This document shows, piece by piece, positions 54,579-64,000 of a DNA stretch of 64,000 nucleotides. The DNA comes from Octopus vulgaris (taxonomy: Eukaryota), in NCBI GenBank assembly GCA_951406725.2, contig OX597826.1, forward strand, positions 10,788,001 through 10,852,000, read 5' to 3'. Every line of letters starts with the position of its first letter. Position 1 is the first letter of the stretch. A program made the translations under genes and the position numbers. The notes beneath the pieces were generated by a model. The model did no database searches and was not told the DNA's origin. It was given only the letters and a program-made list of their open reading frames with translations.

Positions 54579-55231
54579 AGTAATTTTTATTAACTTTTAT
54601 AGCTTTAGAATTTTATGAACTGTACCACGGATTTAATTATTATTATTTTTCATCTCCATATGTGTTAGCCCTTTTTTTATTAAAAAAAACTATTAGCTAA
54701 ATATGTATGATATCTGTACTTATTAATATTATATATACACTGTTATATATTTTGTTTTATTTTGTTCTGGTTACCTTCCTTTTTGTACAAATGTGTATTA
54801 TATTATACAAGTGTAGCATTATGGTGTATAAGTTTTTATATTTTACATTTTTATATTTTTATATTTATATGTATATGATTATATAATATTTTTCACTATT
54901 ATAACAAATTTAATTTAATTCTCTGAAGAGGCCGTGGGGCATCTTTGTTAATGCCTCATTTATACCTGCCTTTATGGCTTATAGGTTAAATGAGGTATGA
55001 CTGTCCTCACTGCCGAAACAGCTGTCAGTTTTGATTTATTTGCATATTATATTTGTAATTTTTTACTTATATCTCTTTATCTTTTTACTTTTACTATTAC
55101 TGTATATCTCATTTCATTTTATATATTGCCTTTACTCCTATGTAATGGTGTATTAAAGTATGGATTGAGTATCATCGGATAGTTGATGTTTTATTGATTT
55201 AAGTATGTTTCTCCATTCTCTAATTTTGTAG

Positions 55232-55234
<3 letters not shown>
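53327..55234. repeat. Right arm of 1908-bp inverted repeat
   Basis: Mirror of 48631-50538; its inner end truncates the RT ORF. Confidence 0.95.
54915..55034 (+). ncRNA. Second copy of the hammerhead in the right inverted-repeat arm
   Basis: CTGAAGA 54923-54929, GAAA 55015-55018, predicted cleavage after C55026. Confidence 0.75.
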
Positions 55235-55268
<34 letters not shown>

Positions 55269-55276
55269 TTTTACAA

Positions 55277-58124
55277 TTAGGGTTATGACTTTTGTACAAC
55301 CTAATAAACCTGTACTGTAATTCAATGAATAATTTCATAAAAGTCAGGAAACTAACATTTATTTTACTTTATTTGAAAATAAAGTCACCCCCAACTTATG
55401 AAATCGATCACCACTTTGATCCAAATCATGCAAAATTCTAGGTAGTTTCATAATGCCTGCTCAAGTTTTTACCAAACTTGGTGTGCTGACTCAATGCAAT
55501 GCAGAAATAGTATATCTGAAATTTTAGCTTTCTAGTAGGAGTAGTTTCAGAGTTATGGGCTTTTAAAACTATAATCACTAGGCGGCACTAGATTCACACT
55601 CCAGTATTTCTGCTGCTTAAATCCTTGTAAATACAAGAGAGAGGTGGAATGAAAGTGTATTTATACATTTTTAAGATTACTGAATTGAAATTGCTCTCTG
55701 CAAAGGTTCAAAACTAGACAGAGGCCACTACAAGCATTCAATAACATACAAAATTAAAAACAATACATATTTTTAACTTTATAGGTCTAATTCCAATTTT
55801 AAATAACTGTGTAAGAAAAACGGTGCTGAATCCTAGCAAATTTTTAAACATAAAGAATTAATATGTTTTGTTAGATAAAATAAATCGAAGCTGAAGTTTC
55901 TCCTTTTTACAAACATCATAAAATTCGTGAAGGCACTTCATTGCCCGTTCTCCACTCTGATTTGTTCTGGGATTTCCAGTTTTGATGATTCTCGACTCCA
56001 AAAGTTTTTTACAGAGTTCAAAGCTTTTTTTGTGAACTTGTAGGCTACCACATAACTTCTGATAATCATATGCATCGAACATTTGGTCAGTAAACCAAAA
56101 TTATACCCAGCTGTAAGAAATGAATCGACAAACATTGAGAAACAAAACTCTTTTCTCTGGTAGAAGAATAAATGCCAAAAAAAGCTAGTATTGCTCGAGA
56201 ATTCCATCTTGCATTACTTAAGTAGGAAATTTGCTGGTTTCTTCAAAGAAACGAAAAACTCTGGTCAAATGAAATAGAAATTTCATGTCATCTTGCCATC
56301 CTGCTGATTCAGTAATCTTTTCTTCACTATGGTTAAATTAGCCTGGAGTTTCTTGTAATTACTTAGAAACTCTGGGATGAATGTATATTTAATATTAGGA
56401 GATGACTTTTTTTCTCCAAGTTCGTTATCCATTACAACACGAAAAACTCTATCAAGGATATAATGCTGACAACCAATAAATGGTGGTTCTTTGAAACCCT
56501 TTTGAACAAAGTCTTTGCAACTGAATGACAATGCCATTTCTTTTCCCAGTGGTCACACACATTGTATCGGTGTCAATCATCTTTACACAGTTCCATACAT
56601 TGTATTCATCTAAAACAGCTGTTATTCCTTTCACAACAGTATCAGCTTTTCCCTTTTGGTAACTGGAGTGCTTCTAACTTAACTTCTCCCTGTTCATTCT
56701 TTAAAACTAGCACTTGGTATTCTTGGTCATCAATATGTTTACCATCAAAATGCAATGACCAATTTTCTAAATGTAGTGGTTTCTTTATTTTGTTTTTTTT
56801 AGTTTAACAGCTTCTTTGATAGTCAATCTGTAAATACCAGATTGGGAAGGAGTCTCAATATTGATTCCATCTTGAGATAATTGTCGACAAACTGTTGCTG
56901 CTTTCTGGGTTGATAGCTTGGAAGATTGAATGTGTGTCTGTGTGTTATGCACATGGCTGAGGCGGCAGTCACCAGCTAATAAGTTCATCGTCCTCAGCGG
57001 TATCAAGCATGAGTGCATGTACCGGTCGGTGCATAAACATGATGCGGTGGTCGTTACCACCTGTCGGCCCAGTTCCAGTTTTGCTATACTTCCTCCTTGT
57101 TTGTGTGGATTCTTCATTTGATTTTTTTGACTTATGATATTCACTTTCAGTTTCAACTTCAGATGTTGACGATGACACTGGAGTTGTTCTGGTTGAAGTT
57201 GGCATTAAGGACACTTTTCTTCTTTTGGATGGATGGATAGTTTTAGAACTGGTTACCTTTCCAGTTGCATAACCAGCCTGTCCCATGCTTTCAATTTGAA
57301 GATAATATAACCTTCTAACCTCACTGCACAGCCATTCACCATTTTCCTTTGTGACGTCAAAAATTCCTTTCAATGAATCATATTTTCCTCATTTTACACA
57401 TTTATCGCAGGTATTCAGCACTTTTCTACTTTTGCTTGTACATTTTGAATTGATAAATATGGGAAATTTAATTTCTTTTGTTCTTTCTTTCTTTCCTTTG
57501 ATGATATCTCCAAGGAGCAGATAGCAACTGACAATTTGAAATTTCATTGGTATCTTTAAGTGGTTTTCCAAAGAATGCTCTTCTAGAGGAACAGGTCTTC
57601 TTTTCCTATGTGAGTCTTGAAATCGCATGAGATTCTTTGTCCAGAGTTTTTTGTTTCTTTGAGTGACATAAGCACTTCTCTTATGAGACATTATTTTAGA
57701 TACTCCGGATGGATAAGCCTACTATTCTGAGAGACAGTTAATATAGTCAGAGTTTTTAGCATCAAAGAAACAAAGCAGAGAGGAAGAGGATATATCTTAA
57801 AGTAGAGCCTAAGTGGTAACAAATTAAAAACTCTATAACTCCTAAACTACTTAAACTTGAAAGCTGAAATTTGAGATATACTGCTTCTGCATTGCATTGA
57901 GTCAGCAGACCAAGTTTGGTAACAACTTGAGTAGGCATTATGAACCCCACTAGAATTTTGCATGATTTGGGTCAAAAGTGGTGATAAGTTTCTTCAGTTG
58001 GGGGGGGGGGGGGTGACATTTAAAAAAAACTTAAAATAAAGGCTATTTCCCCTACTTATATGAAATTGTTCATCAACTTGTGATACAGGAAATAGTTTAC
58101 TTCCAAAAAATAAAAACATCAACC

Positions 58125-58128
<4 letters not shown>
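55277..58128 (-). mobile_element. Decayed DNA transposon with about 300-bp imperfect TIRs (TTAGGGTT...AACCCTAA); hAT-superfamily (hATm-like) transposase pseudogene
   Basis: TIRs about 55277-55580 and 57810-58128; broken minus-strand frames with LHFDGK, DTMCVTTGKRNG, IGCQHYILD (CxxH-like), RTNQSGERAMK; subfamily name from memory only. Confidence 0.75.
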
Positions 58129-58177
<49 letters not shown>

Positions 58178-58199
58178 CCTTTTTAAAGTTTCAGCTCAG

Positions 58200-58830
58200 A
58201 GCTGATAAAATAAGATAACAAAGGAAAAAATGGATGATGTTACAAAGAAACCAGATGTTATCTTATGGTGTGAAAGAAAGTAAACCTAGTCAACATGGAT
58301 GGTGCTTGGAGGTCAAAGGATCAACTGTTGTAAAAACCTCCTCAAGGAATGTGAAGACACAGGCTGGAAAGCAGAGTATTTTCTAATTGAATTTGGATGT
58401 AGAGGAGTCATTGGATACAGCATGTCAAATGCTATTGTTGCCAGGCTAAACTCATCATAAAGCAAACACCATGATGAGTGGTGTCCAGACTACAGCGGAG
58501 AAGGGCAATCCACCAGATTTGGTTAAAAACAGATGATGAGCAATGGCTAGAATATGAAGTGGAACCTAGTAACCAGTTGATCTAGCAAGCAAGGCCTCAT
58601 TTCAGTTGTGATGGGGCGAGGGCAGTGTGTAATGATGCCGACAAGAGGAAGGTCCCGAAACAGTGTGCATTCTCTCCTGATGACCCCAAAAAGATTGCTC
58701 TCATCCAGTGTGCAGAGATTTCAACTGGTAGTTTTTGCATCTGTAGGTTGTTTGTGAAAACTCAGCTGTTTTTGCTGTAAGATGCAGTGGACTCATAGCT
58801 GAGTGCCTGAAAAATGCCTGATAGTTTCAT
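58200..58830 (+). mobile_element. Decayed RLE-type (HERO/R2-group) non-LTR retrotransposon 3' end
   Basis: KPDVILW...LLKECEDTGWKAEYFLIEFGCRGVIG...QTTAEK..IWLK. Confidence 0.65.
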
Positions 58831-59474
58831 TGGAGCCTCGAATATGAAATGTAATATGTAAATGTCTTAATTTCTTTTTTTCAGGAACCAAAATCAAATC
58901 AAATCAAAATCGATGAACATCAATGGAATTTGTAGTTTTGTGGCACCAGTGCCGGTGGCACCAGTGCCGGTGGCACATAAGAAAACCATCCGAACGTGCC
59001 CGTAGCCAGTACTGCATCGACTGGCCTCCGTGCTGGTGGCACGTAAAAAACACCATCCGAGCGTAGCTGTTCGCCAGCCTCGTCTGGCACCTGTGTCAGT
59101 GGCACATAAAAAGCACCCAGTACACTCACGGAGTGGTTGGCGTTAGGAAGGGCATCCAGCTGTAGAAACACTGCCAGATCTGACTGGCCTGGTGCAGCCT
59201 TCGGGCTTCCCAGACCCCAGTTGAACCGTCCAACCCATGCTAGCATGGAAAGCGGACATTAGACGATGATGATGATGATGATGATAATCCTAAAATATTG
59301 AAATACAAGGTAAATGTCCAAACTATTCAATTGTATTATTTCTTATGACTTGCATTGTTTTGGCTTTAAAAAAAAAAGGGAAATAAAAATAAAGCAAATA
59401 ACATGAAGAATAGATGGTGGTGGTGGTGGTGGGGGGGAAGGTATGATGAATAATACCAGAAAAGGAGTATTTAC

Positions 59475-59550
59475 CTGTGATCAGAGGTTCTCAGTTCAAC
59501 TCGACTGTAAAGCAGTTGTTTCACAGGGACAAAATAAGGGTCTTCCACAC
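59475..59550 (-). CDS. SYNJ1: Synaptojanin exon (GVEDPYFVPVKQLLYSRVELRTSDHR)
   Basis: ELxTSDHR(PV) end of the 5-phosphatase domain; tgcag/gtaaat; 76 nt, phase 1-2. Confidence 0.93.
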
Positions 59551-59811
59551 CTGCAATCAGCAACAAACCAAATTAAATTAGGTATGTGTATATGTGTGTA
59601 TGTGTGTGTGTGTGTGGTATAAGTTCGGGAACAGGGGTGCAGGGGGTTCGAGTGCAGCCCCTAAAATTTTGGAGGAGCAGTGAAAAAGCTTTGAACGTTC
59701 TCCTGGAAAACTTCATCCTCAAAACATATGAGCTTAGAAACATTTTTGGACCGATTTGAAATATTGCTTTCTTATTATTGGATTTATCTGATTTCATTGA
59801 TGTACAAATCG

Positions 59812-60204
59812 TTATATATAAAAGTAAGGTTGTGTGCTGTCTGTCTCCTACGATTTAGATTCCTTACTCCCACATTTTGCGGTGCAGTGTAACCAAAACC
59901 GGGTATCTTATAGTCGTGATTCATATCGAGCCCTTCTGGGTATTAGCGCGTGTCTACGATGAGTCTACGATTTAAAAAAAAATTTACCATCATTTTTTCC
60001 CATTTTAATGCATTTTTTCGCTATTATATAAGGGAAGTAACTCTCTAAAAATGTCTACGATGAGTCAACGATTTAAAAAAATTTACCATAATTTTTTTTC
60101 CATTTTTAATGCATTTTTTTGCTATTTTTTGGCTATAACTCTCTAAAAATGCTTATATAGTTATTTCCCTTACAAACCCGAGCAACACTGGGCGATACTG
60201 CTAG
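59812..60204 (+). mobile_element. Non-autonomous Helitron-like element with internal tandem duplication
   Basis: 5' TATATATAAAA, 3' CCCGAGCAACACTGGG hairpin then CTAG|T; about 100-bp internal direct repeat. Confidence 0.65.
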
Positions 60205-60972
60205 TATAATAATAATTATTTTAACCAGTGTTTGCTTTGATTACAAGATTGAAAAACTTCACTTTGTCTGTAAAAAAATTTGGACCTGGTTTTGCACCTA
60301 CAAAGCAAATTTTGTTCCCACACTTATAGTGTGTGAATGAGTGTGCATGTGTGTGAGTGTGAGAAAATATGTGTGTGAAAGTAAGTGTGTGTGTGTGTGT
60401 GTGTGTATTTGGCTTGGTTAGAGACTGAATGCAACTAAGCCCAATGCAATCCATGGACCCATCAGGTCCTGTTAAACCAACTGAGCCATGCTAGTATGGA
60501 AACTAGACAGTAACCCTTTCGTTACTGTATCTATTTTGAGATGCTCTGTGTTTCTTTCAATCACTTTAAATATATCAAAGAATTTTGTAAAATAACTTAG
60601 TTATCATTCAGCTAGTGTTAGGAACATAAATTGTGACTAAAGTTTGTTGGAAGATTTTAATTCAAAACTTATGAAAAACAAGACATTTCTATTCAGAGCC
60701 AGAGCCGGTTTCAGCTGGGTTGATAATGAAAGGGTTAAATGAAAATGATGATGGTATCCTGTATGAATAAAAACACACACACACACACAAATGAATACAG
60801 TGGATTTGAAATCCAATACCTTATAAATCTCTTTTTCCTTCACAAGACACCCTTACATAATTAAATTGCTATAAACTGTCATATTAAAAGTGCTTCTAAA
60901 AGTCAATCAATAGACAAAATTAAAAAAATATATAAACATAAATAACAGGAATTTAAGTGTTTAAGTTTCTAC

Positions 60973-61126
60973 CTGATTTTGTAAGAAATTTTCTTTTCCG
61001 CCAGAGTATTCGATCGGTCCATGCAGGCACACGACATTTTTCACTGGTGTCGTAATCATCACTAAAGTTATCATACTTATAGGTTGGTGCAAAATTGGTC
61101 TCACCCTCTTGGAAACCTCGGAAAAC
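60973..61126 (-). CDS. SYNJ1: Synaptojanin exon ([51 protein letters not shown])
   Basis: Translated by hand (this frame is not in the ORF track); PTYKYD and PAWTDRIL catalytic motifs; gacag/gtagaa; 154 nt, phase 0-1. Confidence 0.95.
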
Positions 61127-61969
61127 CTGTCAAAGTAACAATGAAGCGTTTCTGATGAAGCACAAAAAACCAAATTAGTTTTCCATATTTTCACAGTATT
61201 TCGTTATCACCAACGATCATCTGTTTCTAATTAAGGTAATGTTGTCCCCTTTGTCCAGTCATGTTTTCACAGAATATTGGAAATGAATGACACAGATTGT
61301 TGTATGACAGTGGTACTCAATTACAAATACCACATGAAGTCATGGGAAGGGAACACAAACACATCCACAAATGTTTCTGTGTGTACACCCTTATCTGGAC
61401 ATCATACGTTGATTTGTCACATGATAACTTGCTGGGGCTGCCTGCTGGAGCCTAGTGGCAGTTATTTAAAGGGAAAAATTTGACAAGTCAGTCATTCACC
61501 GGCTGACACTCACTGATGATACATCGAAGAGGCCAGGGAACAGAAGAAAGAAGACATGCACCCAACACCAGAGCTGAAGACACCTCCAAAAGGGAGGGGG
61601 AAGGCCTGCCACGTCAAAACAGTAGAGGAGCAGGGGCCGAAACCGGACACGATTCCTCCTGATGATGTCTTGAGCTAACTGGATCCTATAAAGGAGCTGT
61701 TGTGGTAGCAGACCACAGAACACGGTTGAAATTCTCCCATTTCTAGTCTTCTATGTCTGATCATTGGAAATATTTACATCTTGCTTGGAAACAAGGTAAG
61801 AATTAGTGACAAGAGAGGCATCCAGCTGTAGAAAATCTGTATAAATCAATTCTGTCAGACCTGTGCAAGCATGGAAAAGTGGATTTGAAAATGATGATGA
61901 AATAAGATGATTATTGAAAGGGAGGTTGACAAGAAAACAATGGAAAATCTTTTTTTTTTTGTTGTTTAC

Positions 61970-62128
61970 ATTGTTAGCATCCATCTGTATCTTGAGTTGG
62001 TCAGCAGCATGGAGGGCAGTCCAGTTTTGATTTCGGACAAGTTCTTTCACATCGTCTTTTGGAAGATCAATACGATAGTTGAAATCACCAACCCAGAAAA
62101 TATAGTCATGAGAACCAATGGGTTTACC
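61970..62128 (-). CDS. SYNJ1: Synaptojanin exon, inositol 5-phosphatase catalytic domain ([53 protein letters not shown]); upstream exons lie beyond the window
   Basis: FWxGDFNYRI 5-phosphatase motif; tttcag acceptor, gtaaac donor; 159 nt, phase 0-0. Confidence 0.95.
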
Positions 62129-62329
62129 CTGAAATATATAAACATATAAAATGTATAAACATAAAGAAAGTGAAATCTTCCACCGAAAAACGAAAGCAAA
62201 GAACAAAAAGAAACAGTAGGAGAGATAAAAAAAAAAAAGATAACACATTTTCTAAATGTTGATGATAAAGACTAAAGGAAATGTAAATGTAAGCAATAGC
62301 AAATACATGCCCATGCTCACTCACAACGG

Positions 62330-62710
62330 GCTTTTTTCTGTTGCTGTTGAGCGAAGTGGTCTTCGTCTCAGAGTGGGAGAAGTCTGAAACGTGGTCCTTT
62401 GCTATTCGTTAGACCCACAGAAGAGAAAGCAGGTCAACCCCTGACACCGAGAGCATCGACAGATGGATGAATGCTCATCCAGACTCAGCAGTTGTGTAGG
62501 AAGTCGGGGACCAGAAACAGGATGAAAGAGTGAGAGAAAGTTGGGGGCAAAAGAGTACAACAGGGGTCGCCATCATCCCCTGCCAGAGCCTCGTGGAGCT
62601 TTTAAGTGTTTTCGCTCAATAAACACACAAAACGCCTGGTCTGCGAATTGAAACCGCAATCCTCCAACTGCGAGTCCGCTGCCCTAACCATTGGGCCATT
62701 GTGCCTCCAC
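62330..62710 (-). mobile_element. tRNA-derived SINE family C (related copies 15535-15817, 19352-19600)
   Basis: GGAGGCACAATGGCCCAATGGTTAGGGCAGCGGACTCGCA..GGTTTCAATTC tRNA-like head. Confidence 0.75.
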
Positions 62711-62711
62711 T

Positions 62712-63460
62712 TTCTGTTCCTGTCTACCACCTGGGCATTTAAGAGACTCAGTTCTGGTGTACTCATACGAACTGCTCCAGTGCACCTACCACACATGAAA
62801 CCTATGTTTTCATTTAGGCTGCCAGTAATTTCACTTCGTCTCTTGTATGTCCACAGCTTACATTGCATACAGCATATGAAGTTTATACCTACTCCTTTTC
62901 TGCATATCAAGCAAGGCCATTTCCCTGAAGGTGCTAGGGTCCTGTCTTTTTTCCTACTTACTAAACCCTTCATCTTTTCTTGGTTCAATTTAGACCTTCT
63001 CAATTCCAGGTTTAGCTTCCATTTCTGGAATTTCTTCTCTAACTCCTCTATGGATTCAGAGATGAGAACTAAGTCATCAACATACAGGAGCTCCCAAGGA
63101 CAGCCAGTCTTAAACTTCTCTATAATGGCTTGCAGGATTATGATGAATAGGAGAGAAAGACTAAATTCATCAATGAAGTCATTGCTAACTCCCATTTTAC
63201 TTGTGTCCATCGCTTAAACTGCCCACACAAGCCATTCATTTGCTCCTATTTTCCTAAGTACTCACCAAATTACTGAATGTAATATTTTCAAATATTTTCT
63301 CCAAGTCAACAAAAGTCCAGTGTAGCAGTTTATTCTTAGCTGGGTATTTCTCCTGTAGGAAGATTGCATCTGAGATGCCTCTACTGGGGACAAAGGCAAA
63401 CTGCATCTCATCCAGGCCTACTCTACCATAGACCCATTGGACTATGACTTTCTTTGTGAC
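62712..63460 (-). mobile_element. RTE-like LINE reverse transcriptase fragment with Cys-rich insert
   Basis: LLFIIILQAI..PWELLYVDDLVL..WKLNLE..KWPCLICRKGVG..CMQCKLW..CGRC. Confidence 0.8.
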
Positions 63461-63599
63461 CCCATAATTTAATCTAGCAGTTTGATTCCCTTATAGCTAT
63501 GTTCACTGTTTACATTAGATGAATAATGTAAACAATGTACATAATATAAATTCCTCATTTTAGAAATATTGAAACCCCTGTAGTTAATTCTCTCTAAGG

Positions 63600-63897
63600 C
63601 AGTAGTTCTCAACCAGGGTCCATATAAGATTTTGCAGGGTCTATGCAACAAAATAGTAAATCAGGGAGCCATAATAGTATTTTAAGGGCCTCTGAAAAAA
63701 TTTTGTTTTAGCTGTATGTATTGGTGTGTATTTCAAGAAACAGTCAGGTTTCTTTCTCTGGCATTTTACAGAGTTCAACCCACACCAGTTAATGTTTCTA
63801 TAAAACTAGTTCTTAAACATTGAATGGCTATGGGGGATCACCAGAATGAAATAGTAATCAAAGGGGTCCATAGATAAAAAATGGTTGAGAACCCCTG
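63600..63897. mobile_element. hAT-type MITE, same family as 4539-5309, opposite orientation
   Basis: TIRs CAGTAGTTCTCAACC / GGTTGAGAACCCCTG; TSD CTCTAAGG / CCCTAAGG. Confidence 0.82.
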
Positions 63898-64000
63898 CCC
63901 TAAGGCATCACCTTTGCCTCAGGTATGCAGTTTACAATGATATTGCTATACCAGTCTTTGGATATGACACACTCCTGAATGACTTGATAAACTCTCTGGG

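Larger units (their letters stand above)
48463..55234 (-). mobile_element. Penelope-like retroelement (Naiad-type), 5'-truncated, with an inverted copy of its 3' region at the 5' end, inserted in (TA)n
   Basis: RT plus C-terminal GIY-YIG ORF; 1908-bp inverted repeat; hammerhead motif; (TA)n on both flanks (48440-48462, 55232-55268). Confidence 0.9.

Noticed and set aside
55277-55284. TTAGGG telomeric seed
   Set aside because: Single unit that is the transposon TIR terminus, mirrored at 58121-58128
58640-58690. GAAAC...CTGATGA as a type II hammerhead (similar motif at about 61630-61675)
   Set aside because: Could not form stems II and III or a valid UH site; more likely a LINE 3'UTR motif
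62630-62710. tRNA gene (also other SINE heads)
   Set aside because: tRNA-like head runs into a SINE body, no complete cloverleaf, multiple diverged copies

Overview
AT-rich, repeat-dense animal genomic DNA. The SINE/MITE repertoire and (TA)n/(ATT)n load point to a coleoid cephalopod, most likely Octopus (inference). One host gene is evident: the 3' half of synaptojanin on the minus strand. I assembled 12 exons by hand (62128 to stop at 28227, all GT-AG, phases consistent), covering the end of the inositol 5-phosphatase domain, the DUF1866/RRM-like domain and a proline-rich tail with an unexpected CRIB-like motif. Its 11-kb intron (48152-59474) holds a young Penelope-like retroelement (RT + GIY-YIG, Naiad-type motifs). 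That element is bracketed by a 1908-bp near-perfect inverted repeat, and each arm carries a hammerhead ribozyme with an unusually long branched stem II. A decayed hAT-like transposon lies next to it. Further hammerhead motifs occur in Penelope remnants, including an intact-looking one 1.5 kb downstream of the synaptojanin stop codon on the gene's strand. Also present: an RTE-like LINE with a 5' inversion and TSD (twin-priming signature), a 137-bp-arm palindrome, and many SINEs, MITEs, Helitron-like elements and microsatellites. Most ORFs in the track are microsatellite or repeat artefacts. All family assignments are by eye, with no database searches.
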